64,000 bases of DNA from Dehalococcoidia bacterium (GTDB taxonomy: Bacteria; Chloroflexota; Dehalococcoidia; UBA2979), in the NCBI GenBank assembly GCA_020634075.1, contig JACKCJ010000011.1:9130-73129 (forward strand). Reading direction: 5' to 3'. The translations under genes and the position numbers were made by a program. The notes beneath the pieces were generated by a model that was not told the origin of the DNA, ran no database searches, and worked only from the letters and a program-made list of their open reading frames with translations. This document shows, piece after piece, positions 17,456 to 26,375 of the stretch. The stretch's first letter is position 1. Every line of letters starts with the position of its first letter.

Positions 17456-18879
17456 ACGTCGACCGCGAACGGCTGCACCGGGCACTGAACCCGAAGACCG
17501 TCGTGGTCGTCGGCGACAAGGGCCCGAACTACCAGTGGCTCAGCAACATGTCCGAGTTCACCGGGCAGCTCTACTCCGTCCAGCTGGACGAGAAGGAGAT
17601 CCCCGGGATCGAGGAAAAGGGCATCACCAACTTCAAGGGCCTCATGGAGGTCCCGGGTGACGTCGACCTCGTGGTCTGCGCCGTCCCGCGCCAGGTGACG
17701 CCGTTCATCGTCGCGGACGCCGTGAAGAAGGGCGTCGGGGGCGTGGCGATGTTCACCTCCGGCTTCGTCGAGACCGGCGAGGAGCTCGGCGCGCAGCTGC
17801 AGGAGAAGATCGTCACCGCGGCGCGCGAGGGCGGCCTGCCGCTCGTCGGCCCGAACTGCATGGGCGTCTACAACCGCCGGCTGGGCGTGAAGTTCACGAA
17901 CAACCAGGAGCAGGGCGAAGGCGGCGAGATCTCCGTCATCTCGCAGAGCGGCACGCACGGCATCGCCATCACCGTCGGCGCGCAGCACCTCGGCCTGCCG
18001 ATCACCCGCACGATCTCCATCGGCAACGCCGCCGTCCTCAACGAGGCCGACTACCTCGAGTACCTCCGCGACGACCCCGACACCTCCGTCATCGTCATGT
18101 ACCTCGAGGGCGTCCGTGACGGCCGCCGCTTCGCGAAGCTCCTTCGCGAGGTGACGAAGGTGAAGCCGGTCATCATCTGGCGCGGTGGTCGCACGAAGGC
18201 CGGCGCCAAGGCCGCGCAGTCGCACACCGCCTCGCTCGCGTCGGACGACGCGATCTGGGACGCGCTGCTCCGCCAGGCCGGCGCGATCTCCGCCGACTCG
18301 CTGGAGGAGGCGCTGGATGTCCTCCAGTGCATCGTCCGCCTGCCGCGCAGCAGCAAGCGTGGGCTCGCCCTCATCGCGATGACCGGCGGCCAGTCCGTCG
18401 CCATCACGGACCAGTTCGAGAAGGGCGGCTTCGATGTCCCCGAGCTCGAGCAGAAGTCCTACGACAAGCTTGCCGAGTTCTTCGTGACCATCGGTGGCTC
18501 CTTCCGTAACCCGTTCGACGCCGCGTCGACCATCGGCCGCGAGACCGACAACCTCGCGAAGATCCTCGACATCCTTTCCGAGGACTCCCACATCGAGGGC
18601 GTCGCGCTCGAGATGCAGGCGCGCGACTTCGACCAGGGCACGGAGCGCGTCGATGGACAGGTCGAGCTCGTGCTGAAGTACCGCGAGAAGACCGGTCAGC
18701 CGGTCGTCGCCCTCATGCCCGAGGGCAGCGTGGGCCAGATGGCGCCTGAGACCATCACGGCCGCGAGGTACTACGTCGCGAAGAAGGGCGTGCCCGTTTT
18801 CCCGTCGTTCTCTCGTGGGGCGCAGGCCCTCGGCCGTGCGACGCGCTACTGGGCGTGGCGCGACGAGACCGGCAGCTAG
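17452..18879 (+). CDS. ADP-forming acetyl-CoA synthetase family, CoA-binding/ligase (alpha) subunit
   Basis: VVVVGDKG CoA-binding Rossmann fold, GPNCMGV, ISQSGT, and SHTASLAS with a phosphohistidine-loop-like sequence. Translationally coupled to the beta subunit. Confidence 0.85.
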   Translation: MNVDRERLHRALNPKTVVVVGDKGPNYQWLSNMSEFTGQLYSVQLDEKEIPGIEEKGITNFKGLMEVPGDVDLVVCAVPRQVTPFIVADAVKKGVGGVAMFTSGFVETGEELGAQLQEKIVTAAREGGLPLVGPNCMGVYNRRLGVKFTNNQEQGEGGEISVISQSGTHGIAITVGAQHLGLPITRTISIGNAAVLNEADYLEYLRDDPDTSVIVMYLEGVRDGRRFAKLLREVTKVKPVIIWRGGRTKAGAKAAQSHTASLASDDAIWDALLRQAGAISADSLEEALDVLQCIVRLPRSSKRGLALIAMTGGQSVAITDQFEKGGFDVPELEQKSYDKLAEFFVTIGGSFRNPFDAASTIGRETDNLAKILDILSEDSHIEGVALEMQARDFDQGTERVDGQVELVLKYREKTGQPVVALMPEGSVGQMAPETITAARYYVAKKGVPVFPSFSRGAQALGRATRYWAWRDETGS

Positions 18880-18951
18880 CGAGACGGCACACGGACGAAC
18901 GGCCGCACTAACGAAACGTACGCAGACCCCGCCCGGGTGTAACCTCCACCC

Positions 18952-20196
18952 ATGAGCGCGACTTCCGAGCACGACAGCTCGCCGGTGGTCGGCCCCCCGG
19001 GCGGGAAGCGTATCTACCTCGACTCCGCGGCCTCGGCGCCCCTGCGCCCCGAGGCGCTCGAGGCGATGATGCCGTTCCTCACGACGGCGTACGCGAACCC
19101 CTCCGCGCACCACTCCGCCGGTCGCGACGCGAGCGACGCCCTCGAGGGCGCGCGCGAAGACGTTGCGGCGATCCTCAACACCTCGCCCGAAGAGGTGATC
19201 TTCACGTCGGGCGGTACCGAGAGCATCAACGAGGCGATCAAGGGCGTCGCGATGGCCCAGTCCGAGGCGGGCGTCGGGCGCCACATCGTCACCACCGAGA
19301 TCGAGCACCACGCGGTGCTCCACTCCGCGCAGTACCTCGAACGCTTCGGGTTCGAGGTCGAGCTGCTCCCGGTCGACGAGTACGGGCGTGTGTCGCCCGA
19401 GGCGGCGGCCGCTGCCGTCCGCAGCGACACAGTGCTCGTCTCCATCGGGTACGCGAACAACGAGGTCGGCACGGTCCAGCCGCTCGCGGAGATCACGCGC
19501 GCCGTGCGCGAGGCCGCGACCGCGCTTGGACGCCGCGTGCCGATCCACACCGACGCCGTCCAGGTCGCGAACACCCACTCGCTGGACGTCGATGCGCTGG
19601 GCGTCGACCTCCTCTCGCTCTCCGGGCACAAGTTCGGCGGACCGAAGGGGACCGGCGTCCTGCATCTCCGCCGAGGTGTCCCGTTCCTCGAACTGATCTC
19701 CGGTGGCGGGCAGGAGCGGCAGCGCCGCTCGGGCACCGAGAACGTCCCCGGCGTCGTCGGCATGGCGACCGCGCTGCGCCTCGCGCAGGACGAGCGGGAG
19801 AGCTTCAGCGCCCGGACCTCGGCCCTCCGCGACCGACTGCTGGACGGCGTCCGCCACGCCTGCCCGGAGGCGCGGATCAACGGCCACCCCACGGAACGGC
19901 TGCCGCACAGCCTCCACGCCTGCTTCTCGAACCTGGAGGGCGAGGCGCTCGTCGCCGCCCTCGACGCCCGAGGCATCGAGGCATCCGCGGGCGCGGCCTG
20001 CACCTCCGCGACGTGGGAGCCCTCCCACGTCCTGCTCGCGATGGGCGTCCCGATCGACCTTGCCGTCGGCTCGCTCCGCCTCGGGATCTGGCCCTCGCTC
20101 ACCGAGGCGCAGGTCGACTACGTCGCGCAGGTCCTCCCGGCTGCCGTCACCGAGTGCCGCGCTGCCGCCGTCGCCTCCCGCCAGCTCCCCGTCTGA
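18952..20196 (+). CDS. Cysteine desulfurase (class V aminotransferase, IscS/NifS type)
   Basis: YLDSAASAP, PLP lysine in LSGHKFGGPKGTG, RSGTEN, and active-site Cys in SAGAACTS. Confidence 0.9.
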   Translation: MSATSEHDSSPVVGPPGGKRIYLDSAASAPLRPEALEAMMPFLTTAYANPSAHHSAGRDASDALEGAREDVAAILNTSPEEVIFTSGGTESINEAIKGVAMAQSEAGVGRHIVTTEIEHHAVLHSAQYLERFGFEVELLPVDEYGRVSPEAAAAAVRSDTVLVSIGYANNEVGTVQPLAEITRAVREAATALGRRVPIHTDAVQVANTHSLDVDALGVDLLSLSGHKFGGPKGTGVLHLRRGVPFLELISGGGQERQRRSGTENVPGVVGMATALRLAQDERESFSARTSALRDRLLDGVRHACPEARINGHPTERLPHSLHACFSNLEGEALVAALDARGIEASAGAACTSATWEPSHVLLAMGVPIDLAVGSLRLGIWPSLTEAQVDYVAQVLPAAVTECRAAAVASRQLPV

Positions 20197-20304
20197 TCGC
20201 CTCCTGCTGACACCTCCCTGACATCAGGCGTTTCCCCGAGGTTCGTAGCGGGCGCGTCCTCGTAACGTCGGTGGTGACGACGCTCGTGTTGACGTGGTGA
20301 TCCC

Positions 20305-21807
20305 GTGTTCAGAGACCCCGTACTCACCTCAGCCGTCCTCGACGGGCTGCCCGCTCACATCGCCCTCATCGACCGCTCCGGCGTGCTGCGCTGGACGAAC
20401 CGTGCGTGGCGCGAGTTCGGGGAGCTCAACGGAGCGCATCCGGGCTTCGATGGCGGCATCGGGACGAACTACGTCGACGTCTGCAAGGCGACGGACGGTG
20501 ATGAGCGCGCGTTCGCCCTGGAGATCGCGGGCGGACTGGAGAGTGTCCTCTCCGGTCGCACCGACCGATTCGTGACGACCTATCCCTGCGCCACCGAGAC
20601 CGACCTGCTGTGGTTCCGCGCGACGTTCACCGCGCTCTCGCACGAGGAGTTCGCCGTCCTCGCCGTCCACGACGACGTGACCGACCAGCGTCGGATCGCG
20701 GAGCAGGTGCTGGAGAGCCAGCGCTCCGAGGCGGTGGCCACGATGCTGGCCGGGGTCGCTCACGACTTCAACAACCTGCTGACGGCCATCGGCGGCTCAC
20801 TGGAGCTGGCCGAGAGCGGGGAGGATCGCGCCCGCTGGATGAGCCAGGCACGCCTGGCCACCGCCCGTGCCGGCGACCTCGTGAAGAAGCTGCTCCGCGT
20901 CTCGCGCCGTCAGACCTCCGAGACCGAGCAGGAGGTCGAGCTCGTCTCGATCGCCTCCGAGATCGTCGACCTCTCCCGCGAGGTGTACGACCGCCGCGTC
21001 GAGATCGTGTTCGACGCGCCGAAGAACGCCTCGCTCGTCGTGCATGGTGACCATGCCGACCTCGAGCAGGTGCTGATGAACCTGCTCAACAACGCCCGCG
21101 ACGCGATCCTCGCGCGGCTCGACGGCGCTCCTGCCGGTGAGCCCGGTCGCATCCGGGTCACCCTCCAGCCAGTGGTGAAGGATGGCGATCACCACGCCCG
21201 GATCCTGGTCGAGGACAACGGCGTCGGGATGGGCGAGGAGACCCGCCACCGCGCGTTCGATGCGTTCTTCACGACGAAGGCGCGCCAGCAGGGGACCGGG
21301 CTCGGCCTCCCCATGGCGGCGAGCGTGATCCGCGACCTCGGCGGCGACATCTCGGTCGCCTCGCAGCCGGGCCTCGGCACACGCTTCACGATCGAACTGC
21401 CGCTTGCGCGGCCGGCGGTGTCGACCGGCCCCGGAGACTCCTCCGGTCGCACCCGCGTCCTCGTGGTCGACGACGAGCCGATCGTGGGCGCGGTCGCCGA
21501 GGCGGCCCTCAACGCCCGCGGGTACGCGACGAGGACGGCACGCACCGTCGATGAGGCCCTCACCCGCCTGAGCGAGGAGCCGGTCGAGATCGTGATCCTC
21601 GATCAGAACATGCCGGGGAGCCCGCCGACGACGCTGATCGAATGGCTGGACCGCGCGGACGCGCCCACGCGTGTCATCGCGATCAGTGGCCTCGAGAGCC
21701 GCTTCGCGCAGATGACGAGCGACCGGGTGGTCCGGTTCCTGCCCAAGCCGTTCGGCACGTCCGACCTGGCTGAGGCGGTCCGCGAAGCGGAGCTGGCGGC
21801 CCGTTAG
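20305..21807 (+). CDS. PAS sensor hybrid histidine kinase with C-terminal receiver domain
   Basis: GTG start. PAS-like N-terminus, H-box GVAHDFNNLLTAI, N box LLNNARDA, G boxes DNGVGM and GTGLGL. Receiver domain RVLVVDDEP...ILDQNMPG...KPF. Confidence 0.88.
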   Translation: MFRDPVLTSAVLDGLPAHIALIDRSGVLRWTNRAWREFGELNGAHPGFDGGIGTNYVDVCKATDGDERAFALEIAGGLESVLSGRTDRFVTTYPCATETDLLWFRATFTALSHEEFAVLAVHDDVTDQRRIAEQVLESQRSEAVATMLAGVAHDFNNLLTAIGGSLELAESGEDRARWMSQARLATARAGDLVKKLLRVSRRQTSETEQEVELVSIASEIVDLSREVYDRRVEIVFDAPKNASLVVHGDHADLEQVLMNLLNNARDAILARLDGAPAGEPGRIRVTLQPVVKDGDHHARILVEDNGVGMGEETRHRAFDAFFTTKARQQGTGLGLPMAASVIRDLGGDISVASQPGLGTRFTIELPLARPAVSTGPGDSSGRTRVLVVDDEPIVGAVAEAALNARGYATRTARTVDEALTRLSEEPVEIVILDQNMPGSPPTTLIEWLDRADAPTRVIAISGLESRFAQMTSDRVVRFLPKPFGTSDLAEAVREAELAAR

Positions 21808-21906
21808 CCCTCGACGCGCCGGGCGCCGCTCGCCCCCTCTTCGCGGGTAGCGGTCCGCGGTGCCCGCCAATTTCGAAGAATCTGTCTACGCGCTGCAACA
21901 GATCGC

Positions 21907-21934
21907 TTTACATATCAGCGCATCTGCATATACC
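21907..21934 (+). promoter_or_regulatory. Candidate sigma-70-type promoter (TTTACA - 16 nt - TATACC)
   Basis: Located in the most AT-rich stretch of the window, 35 nt upstream of the ATG at 21969. Confidence 0.4.
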
Positions 21935-21968
21935 GTGTGAGCAGTTGATCCATTGCGCCGAACCTTGG

Positions 21969-22196
21969 ATGGACCTGCTCGTGCCAGACTCCCCCTTCGA
22001 CGATTACCTCGACCTGGTCGAGGCTGCGCGGGAACTGGGGATCCACCCCCAGAGCCTGCGTCGCCTGATCAAGCAGGGACGTGTCCCCGCGACTCTGTTT
22101 GCCGGGAAGTACCTGATCGAGCGCGACAAGCTGGACATCTTCAAGTCCAGCTACGACCCGCGTCCGGGCCGCAAGCCGATCCGTCGCCTGCTCTAG
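21969..22196 (+). CDS. Excisionase/MerR-type helix-turn-helix DNA-binding protein (orphan)
   Basis: LDLVEAARELGIHPQSLRRLIKQGRVPATLFAGKYLIERDKLD matches the HTH_17 pattern. The alternative TTG start at 21945 listed in the ORF track is less likely. Confidence 0.7.
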   Translation: MDLLVPDSPFDDYLDLVEAARELGIHPQSLRRLIKQGRVPATLFAGKYLIERDKLDIFKSSYDPRPGRKPIRRLL

Positions 22197-22208
22197 GACC
22201 TCGTCCCG

Positions 22209-23012
22209 CTACTCGGGAGCTTCGACCGCGATGTCCTCTGAATTGAGGTCCATCAGGTCGAGCTCGAGGCGGACGACCTCCGCGCCGGAGGAGTCCACCC
22301 CGACGACGCGGAGGCTCACCGGTGTCCCGAGGTCGCGCTCCAGCCAGATCTCCGCAGAGAGCGTCGCGTCGACCTCCACCGGGAGGACATCGTTCTCCCC
22401 CTGGAACAGATCCAGGAACGCCTGCTGGTCGAGCGTGAAGTGGCGGGTGGGGATGCCGAAGAGGTCCTCCTCCACCCACTCGTAGTCGTTCAGCCGCCGC
22501 GCCACCTCGTCGTACTGTCCGGCGTCGTCCGCGAAGAGGACGGAGGGGCGGAAGTCGAGCCCTGCGAACGACTCGAGGGCCGTCCCGGCGCCCTCGGTCC
22601 ACGCGCCGCTCGCCTCCCGGATCCATCGGCGGTCGCCGATCACGATCGTCTCCGTGCTCACCTGCAGGAAGCCGAGGTCCGCCGAGGTCACCGCGTGCTC
22701 GCGGTCCGGGTTCACGCGTTCGCCCTGGATCGCGAGGTGGATCTCCTGGTCCAGGGGCAGGCCTGCCGGCGCCTCGGACGTATCGAGGAGCGACGGCAGG
22801 ATCGAGACGGTGAGCGTGTAGCGGTAGGAACTGAGGTCAGCCGGCGAGGCGGCGGTGATCGCCTGCGTTGGCGTCGGTGTCTCGGTGGGTTCCGCCGTCC
22901 CCTCGCCCGAGTCGTCCGACCCCGAGCATCCGCCCGCGATGAGCGCGGCGCTGATGAGCACGAGGCTCGCGATCCAGCGACCGGGAGAGCGGCGAACCGT
23001 CGACGGCGTCAC
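22209..23012 (-). CDS. Lipoprotein, function unknown
   Basis: Signal peptide plus lipobox LIAGGC. Ser/Asp/Gly/Thr linker, then a globular domain. Confidence 0.7.
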   Translation of the reverse strand: MTPSTVRRSPGRWIASLVLISAALIAGGCSGSDDSGEGTAEPTETPTPTQAITAASPADLSSYRYTLTVSILPSLLDTSEAPAGLPLDQEIHLAIQGERVNPDREHAVTSADLGFLQVSTETIVIGDRRWIREASGAWTEGAGTALESFAGLDFRPSVLFADDAGQYDEVARRLNDYEWVEEDLFGIPTRHFTLDQQAFLDLFQGENDVLPVEVDATLSAEIWLERDLGTPVSLRVVGVDSSGAEVVRLELDLMDLNSEDIAVEAPE

Positions 23013-23016
23013 CGGG

Positions 23017-23697
23017 CTAGTCGAACTCAGAGCGGGGCTCGCCCTCGCGGCGGAGGTAGCCCTGCGAGCGGTCGTAGTCCTCGCGGTTCACGTGACCGGC
23101 GGAGTGCAGGTAGGTGAGGAGCACCTCCAGCGTGAGGATCGAGTGCATCCGCACGCCCATCGCCTCCAGTCGCCGGGCCGCGCCCTGCTCGCGGTCGATG
23201 AGCACGACGGCATTCGCGACGATCAGGCCGGCGTCCCGCAGGCCCTCGATGGTCTCGACGAGCGAGCCGCCCCCGGCCGCGAGGTCGTCCACGACGAGCA
23301 CGTGCTGGCCGGGGCGGTAGATGCCCTCCACGTGCGGCGCGAGCACCTCGTCCGGGTCACGCGCGGGGCGGAGGTAGAGCAGCGGGCGGTCCATCTGCAG
23401 CGAGAGCGCCGTGGCGATGTGCAGGCCACCGATCGGGACACCGGCGATCGCGTCGAACGGCTCGACCACCCGGTTACGCATCGCCATCCCGAGCTCGAGC
23501 TCGTCCTGGATGAGGCGCACCGTCCGCTTCAGGGCGTCGGGGCGGGAGATGAGCAGCTTCGCGTTCACGTAGACGGGCGAGTTCCGCACCGTCCGCCCCA
23601 GGCTGAAGTCACCGAACTGGATCGCGCCGAGCCGCCAGAGCGTGTCGGCGAGCCAGAGGCGTCCCTGTGCGTCGTCGTTCTCGCGCTCGGAGGTCAT
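23017..23697 (-). CDS. Orotate phosphoribosyltransferase-like PRTase
   Basis: PRPP-binding motif HVLVVDDLAAGGGS. GAIQFGDFSL is typical of OPRT. Confidence 0.75.
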   Translation of the reverse strand: MTSERENDDAQGRLWLADTLWRLGAIQFGDFSLGRTVRNSPVYVNAKLLISRPDALKRTVRLIQDELELGMAMRNRVVEPFDAIAGVPIGGLHIATALSLQMDRPLLYLRPARDPDEVLAPHVEGIYRPGQHVLVVDDLAAGGGSLVETIEGLRDAGLIVANAVVLIDREQGAARRLEAMGVRMHSILTLEVLLTYLHSAGHVNREDYDRSQGYLRREGEPRSEFD

Positions 23698-23752
23698 GTC
23701 TGCCCCTTCAGTGGCGGTCGGGTGTCTCCGGCCGCGGGAGGTGCCTGCGTGA

Positions 23753-24751
23753 TCAGCGCCGCGAGGCGGCGTTCAGTGCTTCGGGGTTCACGAGGTGCCG
23801 GACCGTCTCACCGCGCATACCGGCGAGCAGCCCGTCGACGGCGAGATGCGCCATCTTCGTGCGTGTCTCCAGCGTGGCGCTGCCGACGTGCGGCGAGAGC
23901 ACGATGTTCTTCGCCCGCACGAGCGGGTCGTCCGGCGGGAGCGGCTCGGGCGTCATGACGTCCAGTCCCGCCGCCGCGATCGTGCCGTCCTCGAGCGCCG
24001 CGATCAGCGCCGGCTGGTCGACGACCGGCCCGCGCGACGTGTTCACGAAGATGGCGTGGCGCCGCATGCGCCGGAAGAACGAGGCGTCACACATGCCGCG
24101 CGTCTCGTCGTTGAGCGGCACGTGCACGGAGATGAAGTCGCTGCGCTCGAGGAGTTCGTCGAGCGAGACGAACGTGCCCGGGAAGTCCGGCTTCTCGGAG
24201 TGGCCGGTGTAGAGCACCGTCATGTCGAATCCGGACGCCCGTCGTGCGGCGGCCGCGCCGATGCGCCCCGGCCCGAGGATGCCCAGCGTCCGGCCGGTGA
24301 TCTCGCTGCTGAGCATCCACGTGGGGTTCCACTGCCCCCACTGGCCCTGCTCGATCGCATCGCGGCCGGCCGGCAGCCGTCGCGCCGCCGCCATGAGGAG
24401 CGCCCATGCCATGTCCGCGGTGGCGTCCGACAGCACGTCCGGGGTGTTCGTGACGGCGACGCCGTGGGCCGTGCAGGCGGGGACATCGATGTTGTCATAA
24501 CCGACGGCGAGCTGGGCAACGGCGCGGACGGACGGCCGGGCCTCGAGGAACTCGGTGTCGATGCGGTCCGTGATCATGCAGAGGACGCCGTCGCAGCCCT
24601 CGGTGCGTTCGAGGAACGCCTCGCGCGACGGTGGGTCGAACTCGGGCCAGACGTCGACGTTCTCGGCGCCGAGCGCCTCGCGCAGGCGCGCGATCGGGCT
24701 GCCGTCGCCGGCGCCGCCGGGCAACTCACGGGTGACGAAGACGCGAGTCAC
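23753..24751 (-). CDS. D-isomer-specific 2-hydroxyacid dehydrogenase (glyoxylate/hydroxypyruvate reductase-like)
   Basis: NAD site GILGPGRIGAAAARR. Catalytic region NTSRG...LDV...SPHVGSAT. Confidence 0.88.
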   Translation of the reverse strand: MTRVFVTRELPGGAGDGSPIARLREALGAENVDVWPEFDPPSREAFLERTEGCDGVLCMITDRIDTEFLEARPSVRAVAQLAVGYDNIDVPACTAHGVAVTNTPDVLSDATADMAWALLMAAARRLPAGRDAIEQGQWGQWNPTWMLSSEITGRTLGILGPGRIGAAAARRASGFDMTVLYTGHSEKPDFPGTFVSLDELLERSDFISVHVPLNDETRGMCDASFFRRMRRHAIFVNTSRGPVVDQPALIAALEDGTIAAAGLDVMTPEPLPPDDPLVRAKNIVLSPHVGSATLETRTKMAHLAVDGLLAGMRGETVRHLVNPEALNAASRR

Positions 24752-24874
24752 GAGTCGGCTCCCAACGGGATGAGCCCTGGACGCCGGTTCTGCCGCATGG
24801 CCCGATTGTAACCAGATGCGCCCTCCGGACGCCCGGCGAGTCCGGGATTCCTCACCGGATGGCTTCGAGGTTCG

Positions 24875-25540
24875 TCATCGCCACGGGAGCGCGCGGTCGG
24901 GAAGCACGAGCGGCACCGGCACGCCGGGCCCCATCACCTCGGTCAATCCGTCGAGGTACAGCACGCCGGTGAGGGCGCACGTCACGGCGTCCAGCTCGTC
25001 GTGGCTCAGCCGACGGGAGCGTGGAATCCCGAGGACGCCCTGGCGCTTCAGGCCGCGTCTGAGGTCGTCGAGCCCGGTGCGCTTCCTCGGCACGCCGAGC
25101 ACGTCCTGCGTCATCCCCGGGTAGACCTCCAGGACCTCGTAGCCGCGTGCCTCGATCGTCTCCCGGAGCGCGATGCCGCGTAGCGTGAGCTTCACCATGC
25201 TCGGCAGCAGCGTGGGGAAGGGGCGGTACCCCTCGCGCGCCGCGATCCGGTCGACCTCGCGCATGATGCCGGCGCTCGCGCAGGCGCACGTCGGGTCGGC
25301 GCAGTCCCGCCCCTCGGGGAGCGCGAGGGGAGCGTCGATGGCGACCACGCGGGGCTGAGCCTCCTCGATCGCCTCCAGGATCTCGTCGTCGCCGCGGACG
25401 ACGGCGATCCGGTGGCAGCGGCGATCGCCGTCCATCGTGGCGAGGCCGGTGGGGTACCGAGGCCCCGAGCGCAGGTCGATGCCCAAGGCGAGGTTTCGCT
25501 TTCGCCCCGAGTTCTCGACTGAGCTGCCTGATAAACTCAT
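24875..25540 (-). CDS. DUF429-like protein (predicted RNase H-fold)
   Basis: Start MSLSGSS at 25540. LGIDLRSG...VVAIDAPLALPEG...SHDELDAVTCALTG. The remainder of ORF 24875..26074 is a shadow of the rhodanese gene. Confidence 0.6.
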   Translation of the reverse strand: MSLSGSSVENSGRKRNLALGIDLRSGPRYPTGLATMDGDRRCHRIAVVRGDDEILEAIEEAQPRVVAIDAPLALPEGRDCADPTCACASAGIMREVDRIAAREGYRPFPTLLPSMVKLTLRGIALRETIEARGYEVLEVYPGMTQDVLGVPRKRTGLDDLRRGLKRQGVLGIPRSRRLSHDELDAVTCALTGVLYLDGLTEVMGPGVPVPLVLPDRALPWR

Positions 25541-25612
25541 GATCTCGACGACACCTGTGACAACACACCGCATCAGACGCGCGTGACCCAGACTGGGCTG
25601 GAGGATACCCCG

Positions 25613-25954
25613 ATGGCAGAGAAGCGCCCCGGCGAGCCGTTCACGCGGATCGACGTCCAAGAGGCGAAGAAGATGATCGACGAAGAGGACGTCCAGGTGA
25701 TCGACTCGCGCGAGCCGCACGAGCACGCCGAGGGCCACGTCCCCGGTTCGATCCAGATCCAGCACATGGCGACGATGGCGCAGGCCGCCAAGATCGCCCG
25801 CGACAAGCCGGTGCTCTTCATCTGCAAGTCGGGCCAGCGCTCGGCCGTCGCCGCGGAGTTCGCTGCGGCGCTCGGCATCACGGACATCTACAACGTCGAT
25901 GGTGGCCACGACGCGTGGCGCGCTGCCGGCTATCCGCTCGAAGAGGGCATGTAG
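25613..25954 (+). CDS. Rhodanese-domain sulfurtransferase
   Basis: GGAGGA SD 7 nt before the ATG. Active-site loop FICKSGQRSA. HVPGS and GG..AW. Confidence 0.85.
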   Translation: MAEKRPGEPFTRIDVQEAKKMIDEEDVQVIDSREPHEHAEGHVPGSIQIQHMATMAQAAKIARDKPVLFICKSGQRSAVAAEFAAALGITDIYNVDGGHDAWRAAGYPLEEGM

Positions 25955-26095
25955 TCCCACTCGAGGGCCAGACCCATCGCGACACCCCGGTCCCTGCGGC
26001 CGGGGTGTCGTTCGTCCCGGGAGACGCGGGACCTGGGCCCCTCCGACTGGTGGGGCGTCCGAGCGAGGATGCACTCCTCAGAAGGAGGTCATCCG

Positions 26096-26215
26096 ATGGA
26101 ACCAATCACCATGATCGCCGCAGGGATCCTGTTCCTCGCCGGGGCCGCGTTCGCGGTCTTCCTGGGGACGTACTCCGAGCGCCTCGAGGCGCGGCGGCAC
26201 GCCGAGACCCACTAA
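26096..26215 (+). CDS. Small (39 aa) single-pass membrane protein, absent from the ORF track
   Basis: GAAGGAGG SD 7 nt upstream. MEPITMIAAGILFLAGAAFAVFLGTYSERLEARRHAETH has one TM helix and a basic tail. GC3 is high. Confidence 0.5.
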   Translation: MEPITMIAAGILFLAGAAFAVFLGTYSERLEARRHAETH

Positions 26216-26315
26216 CAGCGGACCACTCGCACCGACGCCATCGTCGGAACGGCGGCATCCGCCGCTGATCCCTACTCGCAACCTAGTCCGTGCTCTGGCG
26301 CGGAACCCCAGGCGG

Positions 26316-26340
26316 AGCGCCGTCCCACGCGGACGGCGCT
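26316..26340. terminator. Hairpin between convergent genes (candidate bidirectional terminator)
   Basis: AGCGCCGTCC-cacgc-GGACGGCGCT forms a 10-bp stem, followed by TCTGGCGTTCTGG. Confidence 0.5.
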
Positions 26341-26375
26341 TCTGGCGTTCTGGGGCGTGTGAGGGAGCGCGCCGC

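Noticed and set aside
17395-20028. An 877-aa minus-strand ORF. Similar giant ORFs: 60266..63076 (936 aa), 31160..33511 (783 aa), 36697..38637 (646 aa), 51374..53488 (704 aa) and 13071..14678 (535 aa).
   Set aside because: Each lies antisense to, or out of frame with, clearly recognisable genes. Their products are Arg/Gly/Asp/His-rich with no motifs. Long stop-free shadow frames are expected at this GC content.
21864-21880. Shared AAT(C)TTCGAAG motif in two AT-richer intergenic regions (about 21864 and about 59590).
   Set aside because: There are only two occurrences of an 8-10-mer, in different orientation contexts. That is too little to separate from chance without a genome-wide count.
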